A program made the position numbers and the translations under genes. Source: Octopus vulgaris (lineage: Eukaryota). Taken from it: a stretch of DNA of 64,000 bases. Under the pieces are notes generated by a model. That model was not told where the DNA came from, ran no database searches, and saw nothing but the letters and a program-made list of their open reading frames with translations. The stretch is from contig OX597826.1 of NCBI GenBank assembly GCA_951406725.2, forward strand, positions 24,800,001 to 24,864,000, read 5' to 3'. Each line of letters starts with the position of its first letter. Positions within the stretch are counted from its first letter, which is position 1. Shown piece after piece: positions 14,852 through 29,006 of the stretch.

Positions 14852-15051
14852 CTCTAGGATAATATTTCTCACTATGCATAAGAAACTGAAGGATACTAGA
14901 GTTAAGACAGGTTGTCGACATGCAGAAAAGTGACACCCTGTATTTCGCAAGAATCCTAAGACAGATTTTCGAGATTTCAGGAGACTTGTTACAAATCATC
15001 GGATAACATCTCTGCTAATTAAATTAGCTTCTAATAGCTTTTGAGTAATTG

Positions 15052-15260
15052 TTTCAAGTTTTGACACAAAGCCAGCAGTGTTTTTGAGGGAAAGTAGGTA
15101 AGACGATTATACTGGGCCCCAGTACTTTACCAGTAATATATTTTATCGACACTGAAAGGATGAAAGGCAAAGTTGATCTTGGCGGTACTTAAACTCGGAA
15201 CGTAAAGGTCGGAATAAAACCTGCTAAGCATCTTAGCCCACGCGCTAACGATTCTGCCGT
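15052..15260 (-). mobile_element. SINE family A, diverged
   Basis: gaaaggatgaaaggcaaagttga...gctaacgattctgcc. Confidence 0.75.
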
Positions 15261-15276
15261 CTATAATAGTGATGAA

Positions 15277-15388
<112 letters not shown>

Positions 15389-15951
15389 GATGCAGTGCCA
15401 GATAGTGGCTCTCATGGCTTCTGATAATAACTGATTTGAAGTGTTATCATAACTGATTGGAAGTGTTCATTGTTTTGTCTTGGTATAAAAGATGGGCTAC
15501 AGCAAATATTCTGCTCAATACCACAAATTTGCTTGTCATTTGTTTGATCTTAACCAGTTGAGCATGTCCCTTCGTGGCTGACGATATGTGCATCTCTGAC
15601 CACGAGCAGAAGTAGTGGGGAAGCATCATAGCCGTGTGTTGAAAGGAATTCTTAGAGGTTTGGATAATTCACCTTTGGAAACATGAGTGGTTCGTTCAAC
15701 ATCCCTAAACAATCCTTATTCAGGGACCTTTTGAGCGGGGTGGGCTACTCAATATGAAGAAAATTCTAACTGGGCCCCACCTGCAAGGTCATGCACTGTT
15801 TATCTTGATATGAGATCACCATATCGCGCACATATGGTTGTGATGCATGTGCCTGGTGTAGCCTTATCAGACGGGTAGTCATGATGGGTATACTGGACTT
15901 CGTATATTTTACCTCAGTGTCACTTTGATGGCATGCACTGCTCTCTCACTC
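15389..15951 (+). mobile_element. ~560-bp non-coding element in (TAA)n, copy 1
   Basis: Highly similar to 16059-16614; both end ctctctcactc-(AAT)n. Confidence 0.75.
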
Positions 15952-16005
<54 letters not shown>

Positions 16006-16012
16006 TATAATG

Positions 16013-16058
<46 letters not shown>

Positions 16059-16060
<2 letters not shown>

Positions 16061-16614
16061 GCCCTGATGCAGTACCAGGCAGTGGCTCTCATGGCTTCTG
16101 ATCTTAACTGATTGGAAGTGTTATCATGTACATTGTTTTGTCTTTGTATAAAAGATGGGCTACAGCAAATATTCTGCTCAATACCACAGATTTGCTTGTC
16201 AGTTGTTTGACCGTAACTAGTTGAGCATGTCCCTTAGTAGCTGATGATATGTGCATCTCTGATCACGAGCAGAAGTAGTGGGGGAGCATCATAGCCATGT
16301 GTTGAGAAGGATTCTTTGGGGTTTGAATAATTCACCTCTGGAAACATGGGTGTTTCGTTCAACGTCCTTAAACAACCCTTATTCAGGGACCTTTTGAGCG
16401 GGATGGGTTACTCGATCTGAAGAAAATTCTAACTGGGCTCCACCTGCAAGGTCATGTGCTGTTTATCTTGATATGAGATCACCATGTCGCGCACATATGG
16501 TTGTGATGCATGTGCCTGGTGTACCCTTATCAGACAGGTAGTCATGATGGGTATACTGGGCTTCGTATAGTTTACCCCAGTGTCACTTTGATGGCATGCT
16601 CTGCTCTCTCACTC
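16059..16614 (+). mobile_element. ~560-bp non-coding element in (TAA)n, copy 2
   Basis: Direct repeat of 15389-15951, separated by (TAA)n. Confidence 0.75.
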
Positions 16615-16630
16615 AATAATAATAATAATA

Positions 16631-16686
<56 letters not shown>

Positions 16687-16687
16687 A

Positions 16688-16773
<86 letters not shown>

Positions 16774-16940
16774 CCATACTGAAGGTGATATAACAATGTG
16801 CGTTTGTTCTTAATCACTCTACCGCGATGAAACTGTTTTAGTCTCAACAGAAAATCTTTGATGAAATAACTTTCCAAACGAGTGCAACTCAAAGAATACA
16901 GAACTACCATACATACGGAAATTACACACACACGCGCGCG

Positions 16941-16993
<53 letters not shown>

Positions 16994-17074
16994 TTCTGTA
17001 TGCATAGACGGATTCTTTTAAACACATCTACATACATATTTACACGTATTTTCTCACACATACCTGTTCTCGCA

Positions 17075-17119
<45 letters not shown>

Positions 17120-17403
17120 CTAGTACATAGAAAGGCACACACAATTACACATACACATACATTTCTGTGTAGGCACATGTATTCTCGTATACTTATACAT
17201 GAATACACACTCACCTACACATTCCTTACACAACAATACACGTACATATGCACACACACAATCTGACAGCCATATTGCTCTCATTCTTTACCTATGGTTT
17301 CCTCTTTCATTTTTCATTCTTATAATCCTCTCCCATCTTCAACAGTCTTAATTATTTCCTAGTGACTCCCTTTTAAACTTTATTCTTTCTTTCTTTCTTT
17401 TTC

Positions 17404-17442
<39 letters not shown>

Positions 17443-17559
17443 ATCCGTTTCCACTCCCCTACTCTCTTCTCCTTCCTCCTCTCTCTCTCTTTCACGTTAC
17501 CCTCGTCTCCTTCCTTCTTTCTCTCTTTACACTTTAAACGTATAACCATTCATACAAAA

Positions 17560-17626
<67 letters not shown>

Positions 17627-17784
17627 CTCTCTCTCTCTCACTCACACACACACACACATGTATCATGCACTCACACATACAAAAATACATGCAGATGCAC
17701 ACACAAACACACAAACACACACACAGATATTGCAAACGTATAACCTCTCTCATTCTTTCGCACACATACGTTCACATATGCATA

Positions 17785-17838
<54 letters not shown>

Positions 17839-18384
17839 GGTATACACATTGATATCACAAACATAATATTTTCTCTTTCTCATACAAACTCGCGCTCATA
17901 CATACGTACATACATACATACATACATTCACACATGTATGCATGCATACATGCATAATACATACATACATACATACATACATACATACAAACATACAAAC
18001 ATACATACATACATACATACATACATACATACATACATACATACATACATACATACATACATACACACATACATAACCATACGTACACGGGAAACGATAT
18101 CACACAAACGTACCTTATAACGTATCCCACAATAACTCATTGATTATCACACACCCTAAAACAGATTAGTTTCTTCCTCGCTCAATCGCACACACACACT
18201 CACACACACACACACACACAATCTTCTCATACGCATTCATATATTCTCTCCTCTTTTCACCATATGTTGTGTGCCTGTGCATGTATATGCGTGTGTGTGT
18301 AATTTTTAATCGGCAGTAAAAAAAGTGACTTAAGGGCTGACAGTTTCGAGTAGAACACTTAACAAACTATTTGTTTCAGCAAAC

Positions 18385-18505
<121 letters not shown>

Positions 18506-18629
18506 ATTTGTTCAATCTTTCTTGTTCATTCACTTTCACTGTTTTTCCAAATCTTTCATTACCTATACATCTCTAACCCTCTCTCCCTAAACTTTTCTCC
18601 CTATACACATTCTCACTTATAATCCCCTC

Positions 18630-18668
<39 letters not shown>

Positions 18669-18918
18669 GCACACACACACACACGTACATACATACCCTC
18701 ATTAGCATACATTCATATTCAAAAACAACTCTCCTCTCTCTATCTCTCTGTCACTTCTCCTTCTTTATCTCCTCCTCCTCCTCCTCCTCCTCCTCCTCCT
18801 CCTTCTTCTTCTTCTTCTTCTTCTTCTTCTTCTCTTACATATATTTTTCCCCTTCACACATGCACACATACATAAACATGGCAACTTTCTTTTCATATAA
18901 AGCGATTATACAGTCATG

Positions 18919-19003
<85 letters not shown>

Positions 19004-19267
19004 GCACACACACATTTTATCTATCTTTGGAGCCTCTCACACGTACATCCACATACGTACATCTCTATTATATTCTTTCACACATGCATAGAGACACACG
19101 CACAACACAGTTTTATATTAAGGTGCCCCTTTCTCTCTCTCTCTTTCACATACCCACAGACACACTCAAACAGATAAACACATATACATACACAAGCAGA
19201 CACCCATTAACACGCACACATACACATACACACACAACCATGTATTTCTCAAATCTCTCACTCTTTC

Positions 19268-19342
<75 letters not shown>

Positions 19343-19576
19343 CTCTCTCCCACTCTACATAAACACACATTTTAACTTCTAAAAACTTCCCTCAGACAAA
19401 TATTTACTTGCACACATACAAATGCATTCACGCGTGCGCGAGCGCGCACACACATACAGATACTCACACACAAATATACACATACACACGTACATACTAC
19501 GCATATACACACACACACGTATTTATTTTAAAAGTCTCTTTCATACACAGACCTATTCACGTACACGCTTACACAG

Positions 19577-19631
<55 letters not shown>

Positions 19632-20266
19632 AACACACAGAGAAATACATTTATAAAACATAAATAAACACACACGCCTTTTTTAACGCCTCCTTCAGTC
19701 ACACACATACGCGCGCTCGCAAATACATTCGCACACACGCACAGATATATTTATACACACTCACACACTCTCACACAAATACACGTACAAAACACACACA
19801 CACGTTGCTTCATCTGTCAAGGCTATCACATTATTTCCTTGCTAATCACTTTATCTAATCTCCCTTCAATTTAACAATTTCTACAATTTTTTTACTCCAT
19901 CTTTAATTATATATGTCATAATTAATTCGCTTTTTGTTACTTTTTGCAAATATTTGAAATTATCATCTCATACATCTCGAGACTTTCTAAAAAAAATAAA
20001 CCACACACACACACACACACGCGCACACTTGTATTTTACAGCAGCAATGATCGAGTCAGCCTACTATTGAAAATGTAGGTTCGTATCTCGTAAACGGCAG
20101 TGTGTGTTTGTGTACTTGTATTTAAATATATCCAGAATATTGTGTCTAATTTTGTTAAAGATATCGTGTCTATGGCCAACATATTTTGATGGGCAGGATA
20201 TTGTAATATGTAGCCAAAATATTGTGTCCAACTATGTCCAAATATTGGTTTCAAAATTTGGCAAAA

Positions 20267-20443
20267 AGCCGGCAATTTATGAGAAGTGGGTAAGTCGAAT
20301 ACATCGATCCCAGTGTTCAACTGGTACTTATTTTATCGTCCCTGAAAAGATGAAAGGCAAAGCCGACGCCGGCGGCATTTGAACTCAGAACGTAAACACC
20401 GCTAAGTATTTTGCCTGACATGCAAACGATTCTGCACGCCGCC
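20267..20443 (-). mobile_element. SINE family A
   Basis: Matches 2656-2870. Confidence 0.8.
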
Positions 20444-20619
20444 ATATTGTGTCCAAAATAATGTGTTTAAAAATGGATAATATAGTGCATCAAAATATGT
20501 CAAAGCTATCGTTTATATGCCCAAGATATTGCTCCTGAAAAAGTGCAAGGTATTGTGACTTTGTCCTAAAAATTGCACCCAATTGTCAAAGATACCATGT
20601 CCATCAATCTATCCATCTA

Positions 20620-20990
20620 CCCATCTTTTCTGCTCACCATTACTAAGAAGGTCATCGGTGTAGGATCCTATCAGAAGTAACGGCCATTACCAAGCGTGAC
20701 CAACTGATACAAAGGATGTTATTTAGCCATCTTGTTCTTGGTCTACTCCTAGGTATCCTTGCTGGTTGGCTCAGCTTCAATAGATCGTCTTGCGATTTTT
20801 ACTGCGATGTTCTAATCACATGTCTGTAATACCATAGCTGTGACCCCTCAATGCAGAGAAGTAGCGGCTGGACCTAGAGATACTCCTTGATCTCCGAGTT
20901 ACCCCCACTTTGAGTAAGCTTACTCCAGAGACCTTTGGAGGAATCCCATTTCGGCTACTTGTTTCGCGATCGTACTCTTTCAGCCATTTC
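20620..20990 (-). mobile_element. Decayed RTE-clade LINE 3' fragment
   Basis: Minus-strand pieces QVAEMGFLQR, NSEIKEYL, SQLWYYRHVIR, PRSRPRTRWLNNI with stops and frameshifts. Confidence 0.75.
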
Positions 20991-21262
20991 TAATATTTTT
21001 GGCCTATGTTCAACATATTATCAAGCTATGGACAATATATTGTAGTATACGTCCAAAATATTGTGCTTGACTATGTTCACGATATTGTGTTCAGCTACGG
21101 AAAAGTCTCTATGTACAAGATATTACTGGAATATGCGCACGGTCCATTAGTGCGTGTAAATTAGTGCGGATCATAAGAGGTTCTGCACCAACAGATTCCA
21201 TTAAGTCGTTGTTGTACATGTATACACACATACAAACACACGTACAAGCACACACACACACA

Positions 21263-21334
<72 letters not shown>

Positions 21335-21339
<5 letters not shown>

Positions 21340-21646
21340 TGTTTTGTTGTTTGTTCCTTCTCGAGCCACGCCTGGCTCATAAGCGCCGGTTTCTCGGTTT
21401 CCTTGGTGTATGGGTTCCCCACCTGGACGGGACGTCGTTTCGTCGCAGGTGAGCTGCTAGATGAGGAAAGAGTGAGAGAAGGTTGTAGCGAAAGAGTCAG
21501 CAGAAGTTCGCCATTTCCTTCTGCCGGAGCAGCGTGGAGCTTAGGTGTTTCGCTCATAAACAAACACATCGCCCGGTCTGAGATTCGAATCCGCGATCCC
21601 TCGACCGCGAGTCCGCTGCTCTAACCACTAGACCATGTGCCTCCAC
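21335..21646 (-). mobile_element. tRNA-derived SINE, family C
   Basis: Minus head gtggaggcacatggtctagtggttagagcagcggactcgcggtcgagggatcgcggattcgaatc (A and B boxes). Confidence 0.85.
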
Positions 21647-21674
21647 ATATATCTATATATATATAAATATATAT

Positions 21675-21677
<3 letters not shown>

Positions 21678-21721
<44 letters not shown>

Positions 21722-21852
21722 TGCGTATATAGCAAGACGTTTGAAAATTTTTCGGCATTATTTATTCACCATTACACATGTTTCATAGGAATTAAAGAGA
21801 ATCTTGAATTTTAACCCTACCTCTATTATATATATGTGTGTGTATGTGTGTG

Positions 21853-21901
<49 letters not shown>

Positions 21902-22029
21902 ACACACATACACACACATATATATAATAGAGGTAGGGTTAAAATTCAAGATTCTCTTTAATTCCTATGAAACATGTGTAATGGTGAATAAATAATGCCG
22001 AAAAAATTTCAAACGTCTTGCTATATACG

Positions 22030-22062
<33 letters not shown>
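21678..22062. repeat. Fold-back palindrome centred on (TA)n; arms carry a 5'-truncated hammerhead
   Basis: 21718-21855 is a near-perfect reverse complement of 21899-22035. Confidence 0.9.
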
Positions 22063-22082
<20 letters not shown>

Positions 22083-22116
22083 GAGAGCCATGAGAGCCAC
22101 TATCTGGCACTGCATC

Positions 22117-22166
<50 letters not shown>

Positions 22167-22190
22167 TCAAATATAATTTTATATTTATAC

Positions 22191-22258
<68 letters not shown>

Positions 22259-22600
22259 GTGTAGGTGTGTGAATGTGTGCTTGTATGTGTGTGTGTGTTT
22301 GTGTGTATGTAGGTGTGCGAGTGTGTGAGTGTGTGCGTGCGTGTGTGTATCTATTTCGCTACATCTCAATTAGATTTAAAGTTTGCCAATTAACATTTAC
22401 GCTTAACTGTGTATCTCACGCATTGATATGCACAAGCACGTGTATATGTGTGTGTACATGTGTGTGCGTACGTGCGCGTGTGTGTGCGTGTGTGTGTGTG
22501 TGTGCGCACGTGTATGTTTGTCTGTGTTTGCATGTGCGCTTATATATTATATTTATGTCTGATATCAACCAATCAATCAATCATTCGATTAATCAATCAG

Positions 22601-22739
<139 letters not shown>

Positions 22740-22830
22740 ATATCTATGCGTGTGTGTAACTCAGTAACTCTTGCCCATTATTAATAACAAACGTATACAC
22801 ACACACACACGCATTCACACATACACACAG

Positions 22831-22867
<37 letters not shown>

Positions 22868-23136
22868 TATACGAATATATACATATGTATAGGTAAATGT
22901 ATGTATATAACTGTGTATGTAGATAAATATGTAAACACACGTCTACCTTCACATACACATACACACATATACTTACATGAATACCTTACCTTGCTTTGGG
23001 ATCCCAAATCCCTGATTGAGTCATATGGGCTCTCACATGACCCCCGGTAATTCTTGCGCAAAAATACTGGCCTAGAGAAGCCCGTCCCTCTTGAGGTTTG
23101 ACCGGAGCTGATTTCGACCAGATGATAGAGAGAGGC

Positions 23137-23189
<53 letters not shown>

Positions 23190-23333
23190 AGAGAAAGAGA
23201 AAGAGAGAAAGAGAGAGAAAGAGAGAGGTTTGACTGGAGCTGATTTCGACCAGATAAGAGAGAGAGGGAGAAAGAGAGAGAAAGAGAGAGAGTGAGAGAG
23301 AGGCTTGACCGGAGCTGATTTCAACCAGATGAC

Positions 23334-23417
<84 letters not shown>

Positions 23418-23647
23418 AAGAATCGACTTTTGTTCAGCACTGATACTTTATCGCTCTCCAAAAAGATAATCCTCGACGGGATTCGAGAATTCGAGAATTC
23501 ACAACGACCTCGAACTCACAAGAGTAAACAAGAGAGACAGAGACGGGCAAAATTAAGGAAAATGCCACTTGTATTTGAACACTATACAAATATTCTTTTA
23601 AAAAAACTTTTCTTTTAATTTTACTAAATTTAATTGTTTAATTGTTA

Positions 23648-23683
23648 CAGTTGAAAAAGTCTCAATGACTGAAACCGGTACTG
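23648..23683 (+). ncRNA. Type I hammerhead ribozyme, U3-A8 core variant
   Basis: cag-TTGAAAA-agtc(tcaat)gact-GAAAC-CG-GTA-ctg; all three stems pair; stem III is palindromic ACCGGT. Confidence 0.75.
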
Positions 23684-23767
23684 AAATGCTTTTTTATAAA
23701 ATTATTAGCATTTTTTATCTTGACTTTTTCCCATATATATCAACTCGTGTGTTCCTTTTCATCCGTC

Positions 23768-23835
<68 letters not shown>

Positions 23836-23856
23836 GCACGGATGCAGCACGGAATT

Positions 23857-23906
23857 TTTGTTAGTGAACAGGTCGCGGATTTTAGCGACGAAAATATTTT
23901 GACAAA
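23857..23906 (+). ncRNA. Type I hammerhead-like motif, G3-C8 core variant
   Basis: tttgtta-GTGAACA-G-gtcgc(ggatttta)gcgac-GAAAA-TA-TTT-tgacaaa; 7-bp stem I, 5-bp stem II; second copy at 34801. Confidence 0.6.
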
Positions 23907-24057
23907 TTAAACTTAAATGTTGAAGTGATTCGAACGGCTTTTGTGTGTTTCTTAAATGGCTTATAAACACCTTCCACGCTGCAATTGTTTTCGTTTCAGC
24001 ACACGATCTCAGATCAAATTACTTGCTATGCAAGTACATCTCCGTAATATATATATA

Positions 24058-24108
<51 letters not shown>

Positions 24109-24112
24109 CAAA

Positions 24113-24182
<70 letters not shown>

Positions 24183-24664
24183 GTGTGTGTGTGTGTGTAT
24201 TAAATCGTCACGTGTTCGGTGAAAAGTCAGGATCAAAACGTTGATTTGCATATCTATTATTTAAGCATTCTTTCAGGTTCGGACGTGAATATGCTAATCA
24301 CTGTTGTGTTTCGTCATCGGAGAACAACTTCTCCTTTCAGACGAATGTGTATTTATAGCAAAATTGATTAGCGTAAGGAGACTTTTAGAACACGCATATA
24401 CACACATACAAATGGCTTTAAGTATGCGGGGTTCAATGGGTTGATTAGGTCCAGAGAACCAAGGAGAGGGTCAGCAATATCGGAATGGTCCTGATTCACA
24501 CACCCTTCATACGTGTCTTGAGATCATTTTTATCCCACTGGGGCCCGATTTATATAATTCCTATCGTAGGCCCTATATACACTATAATATAATAATAATA
24601 TATAACATAGTATAATACATACATATATATATATATAATATATTTATATATGCATACATACACA

Positions 24665-24717
<53 letters not shown>

Positions 24718-25168
24718 TAGACACACCTTACATACGAACACGGAGCTATATACGAATATATTATACATAGAAACGTACCCACAAACACACACACACATAC
24801 AAACACATACACATACACACACACAAATCTATATAGATAAACTTGTATATATATTTATATAAAACTATATACATAAAATTATATACATTAAATATTCTTG
24901 TTATAACTCAAATATACACACACAAGCACTCGTGCACACATACACACTCACATATATATCTACATATACATATACTCTCTCTCTGCGGCTGTTTGCTGGA
25001 ATGCACTGGCTGCTAGTTTGTGCTATCCAAAGAAACACCTTACAAGGCGTGAAGTTATGGTAAACCAGCGCTAAACCTCGCTTGTCAGACAGACAGAGCA
25101 AGATATATAAACTAGAGTAAGAAAGACGGGCATGCATGCGGACAGACATACCTGAAGATAGAGACAGG

Positions 25169-25280
<112 letters not shown>

Positions 25281-25302
25281 TAATACAATATATATATAAT
25301 AA

Positions 25303-25364
<62 letters not shown>

Positions 25365-25809
25365 AGAGAGTGAGAGTGAGAGCGAGAGAGTGAGTAAATG
25401 AGAATGCGAGAGTGAGAGAACGAGAGAGACACGCAGATGCATATATATGTGTGTGTGTATCGCGCGCACACACACACACACACATGCTAACATAGAAAGG
25501 AAGGGAGCAAGAATGGAGTAATAAGAGAAGTATGAGAGAGAGTGAAAGAAAGAGAGAGAGAGAGAGAGTTGGAGATAGATAGATAGAGAGTGTGTGTATG
25601 TGTATGTGTATGTGTAAGATGATGGCGATGGTGATGGTGGTAGAGCAGTTGATGGTAGTTAGTTACTAGTTAGTATGTAATATAAATGTGTTAACTATGT
25701 TAGGTCAGTTAGCTGTTTTGCTAACAACCGTCGCCGTGCCAATAGCTGTACGGTGGTTTGAACATTTCCACTTAATATACTATACTGAGCTGTATAGTGT
25801 TGACTGGCG

Positions 25810-26430
25810 AAGGTGGTGGTGGTGGTGGAAGTGGGTGCTGTAGTTGTGGTGATAGTGGTGGTGGTGGTGGTGGTAGTGGTAATGGTGGTGGTGGTGGATG
25901 TGGTAGTAGTGGTGGTGGTGGAAGTGGGTGCTGTAGTTGTGGTGATAGTGGTGGTGGTGGTGGTGGTGGTAGTGGTAATGGTGGTGGTGGTGGATGTGGT
26001 AGTAGTGGTGGTGGAAGTGGGTGCTGTAGTTGTGGTGATAGTGGTGGTAGTGGTGGTGGTAGTGGTTGTTGTAGTTGTGGTGATGGTGGTGGTGGTGGTG
26101 GTGGTGGTGGTGGTGGTGGTGGTGGTGGTGGTGGTAGAAGTGGTTGCTGTAGTTGTGATGTTAGTGGTGGTGGTGGCGGATGCGATGGTAGTGGTGGTGG
26201 TAGTAGATGTGGTGATGGTGGTTGGAATGGTAGTAGTGGTGGTGGTGGTCGTCATCGTCATCGTGGTAGGGGGAGTTGTGACGTTAGTGCTGTTGCTGAC
26301 GGTGGTGTCGGTGCGGTGGTGATGTTTCTAGTGGTAGTGGTGGTGGTGGTGGTGGTTGTGGTGGTAGTAGTAGTGATAGTAGTGGAATTGTAGTAGAGGT
26401 TGTGGTGGTGGTGGTGTGGAGGTAGTGTGG
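25810..26430. repeat. (GGT)n-rich tract with a ~60-bp higher-order unit
   Basis: gaagtgggtgctgtagttgtggtgatagtggt recurs three times. Confidence 0.9.
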
Positions 26431-26679
26431 TGGGGATTTCGTGGCATTAGTACTAATGTAGCTGTTGTTTAGCCCTTAGTCAGTCCTCAGTGAGTAGACC
26501 TACACTCAAAGCTATTCTGGCTGTGACCATCCCGTCTTATGCATGTGGGACTACATTATCCTCTTAGAAGACCGTGGTGGTGGTTTTTGAGTTTGGGGAA
26601 ACTAGGCTGCTATTTCTGGCAGACTGATCAGCCACGTAGAGGCACCCCTGTTGGTGATGTAGTAGGTAGTAGCGGTGGG

Positions 26680-26880
26680 AGTGAGAGAGAGAGACAGAAG
26701 TAGAGGGAGGGAAGCAGAATGGAGGAATGTAAAAATGATAGAGTGAGGAAGAGAGAAAGGGAGAGGGAGATAGAGAGGGAGAGAGGGAAGGAGTTAGAAG
26801 GAAAGTGCGGGCAGTGTGAAGAGCTAGAGGAGAGGGAAACGGAAAGGAGGAGTTTAAGCTTGAATGGGAAAGAGAGAGAT

Positions 26881-26930
<50 letters not shown>

Positions 26931-27275
26931 TGTGTGTGTGTGTGTCAGAGAGAGAGAGAGTGTGTGTGTGTGAGTGTGAGAGAGAGAGAGAGAGTGTGTA
27001 TGTGTGTGTGAGAGAGAGAGAGAAAGAGAAGTGTTAGAGATAGAAGTATGTGCGTGTGTGTGTAATCTAGTTGTATGTGTGAGTGTGAGAAAGAGAAATC
27101 TGGTATTGGGTGTGGTGTGTGTGTGCGCGCGTGTGTGAGAGAGTGAGAGAGAAGAATGTGAGAGAATGAAGAAGAGTGAAAGTGAAGCAGTGAAAAAGAA
27201 GGGAAAGAAAGAATAAATGTTGGAAGGGGATCGATGGTGTAACGAGGTGAAAGACTGAAATTGAAATAAATAGAT

Positions 27276-27331
<56 letters not shown>

Positions 27332-27861
27332 AGGGAGAGAAAACAAAAGAGAGAAAGAGAGAGAAGAGAGAGAGGGAGATAGACAAAAAACAGATTGTCA
27401 GATAGATATATAAATTGATAGGTAGGCAGATAGATTGATAGATGGATGGAAGGATAGGCAGGTGGGGGGAAGCAAAAGGGAATGAAGAATTGAAGAGAGA
27501 TGGAGAGTGAGAATGTATTTTGTAAGAGAGAGAGAGAGAAAGGAGAGAGAGAGAGAAGGATATGAGAGAGAAGAGAAACATGGAGAGAAATGAAGGTGTG
27601 GGGGTTAAGGGAAAATATTCGAGGGAGGGTAAGAGGAAGTAAGATATGATAGCGAGAGGGAGAGAGAGAGAGAGAGCGAGTAGGTATAAGGAAAGAGAAT
27701 ACGAAAAAGCGACAGAGTGAGCGAAAGAGAAAGAGAGGGAACGAGGTAGAAGTAGAGAAGAAAAGAAAGAAGATGCAAGTGATATGTGTGACAGAGAAGG
27801 AGGAGCGAGCGAGAGGAAAAGAGAGCAAAGATAGAGATAGCGATACAAAAGCGAAAGATGA

Positions 27862-27901
<40 letters not shown>

Positions 27902-28021
27902 GGAGGGAGAGAGAGGGAGGGAGAGAGAGGGAGAGATGTGGAGAGTTGGTGAGGGGGTGAGAGGGGGACAAAAATTGACAGAAGGTGAATTCAGAGATTA
28001 AATGTAAGACATGATGGAATT

Positions 28022-28059
<38 letters not shown>

Positions 28060-28525
28060 GAGAGAGAGAGAGGGGGAGAGAGAAAGGAGAGAGAAAAGAA
28101 AGTGAGTGTGAATATGTGTAAGTGAGAGAGAAAAGTGTATGTGAGAAAGAGGATAGATATTGTGAGAGAAAGAGGAAAGATGTGTGTGTGTGAGAGAGAG
28201 AAAAAGTGAGAGAGGAGTGGAGAGAGGTTGGGAGAGTTGAGAGAGGGAGAGAGGGAGTACAGGGAGAGAGCGAAAGAGGAAGATAAAGAGGAAAGAGAGA
28301 GATTGGGGTAGGGGAGAAAGAGAAAGAAAGGAATGAGGATGCGAAAACATGTGTATTGTCGGAATGTGATAAGAATGAGGAAGTGAGAGAGAGATAGAGA
28401 TACAGACAGATAGATAAATAGAGAGAGAGAGACAAATAGAGAGACAGAGGGAGAGAGAGAGAAAGAGAGAAGGGGAGAGAGAGAACTAGAGAGAAGAAAC
28501 AAGATGGAAGATAGAAGATAAAGAA
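26680..28525. repeat. 1.8-kb purine-rich (GA) low-complexity tract
   Basis: Directly visible; source of the 624-aa Leu/Ser ORF. Confidence 0.9.
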
Positions 28526-28548
28526 ATGTCTTGTAATGTTTCTGAATT

Positions 28549-28761
28549 CTTTTCTACTGTAGGCACAAGGCCCAAAATTTTTGGGGAGGGGGCCAGTCGA
28601 TTAGATCGACTCCAGTACGAAACTGGTACTTAATTTATCGACCCCGAAAGGTTGAAAGGCAAAGTCAACCTCGGCAGAATTTGAACTCAGAATGTAAAGA
28701 CAGACGAAATACTGCTAAGCATTTCACCCGGCGTGCTAACGTTTCTGCCAGCTCGTCGCCT
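28549..28761 (-). mobile_element. SINE family A with TSD
   Basis: TSD ttgtaat(g/a)tttctgaatt at 28531-28548 and 28762-28779. Confidence 0.9.
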
Positions 28762-29006
28762 TTGTAATATTTCTGAATTGCCTCAGCCTTTCTCTTCATC
28801 ACCAGTCTTTACGTAGTCATTTGATTTGCTGGAAACAGCAGCTAGATTATCTTAAAGTATGCTCTACCGTTTTAAGTACGGAAAAAACGCTTTCGATAAT
28901 AAGACGAGAGGCCCAACGACCATAGCTGTGCTTGATGAAGACTAACCAGAGGCTAAACAACTACAACAATAACAACAACAACAACTACGGCAATGACAAC
29001 AGTAGT

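Noticed and set aside
23095-23332. Repeat-spacer pattern resembling CRISPR (also 39740-40190 and 60720-60947)
   Set aside because: Spacers are microsatellite or absent, context is eukaryotic, and there are no cas genes
24311-24343. Hairpin with internal loop (minus gtc-tgaaa-ggagaa/ttctcc-gat-gac)
   Set aside because: Does not complete a hammerhead or SECIS pattern; single occurrence
25695-26393. Mucin-like poly-Thr and Gly/Cys-rich ORFs
   Set aside because: (GGT)n repeat open in several frames; no other coding evidence
26628-28502. 624-aa Leu/Ser/Phe ORF
   Set aside because: Translation of a (CT)-rich low-complexity strand with few possible stops; no domain
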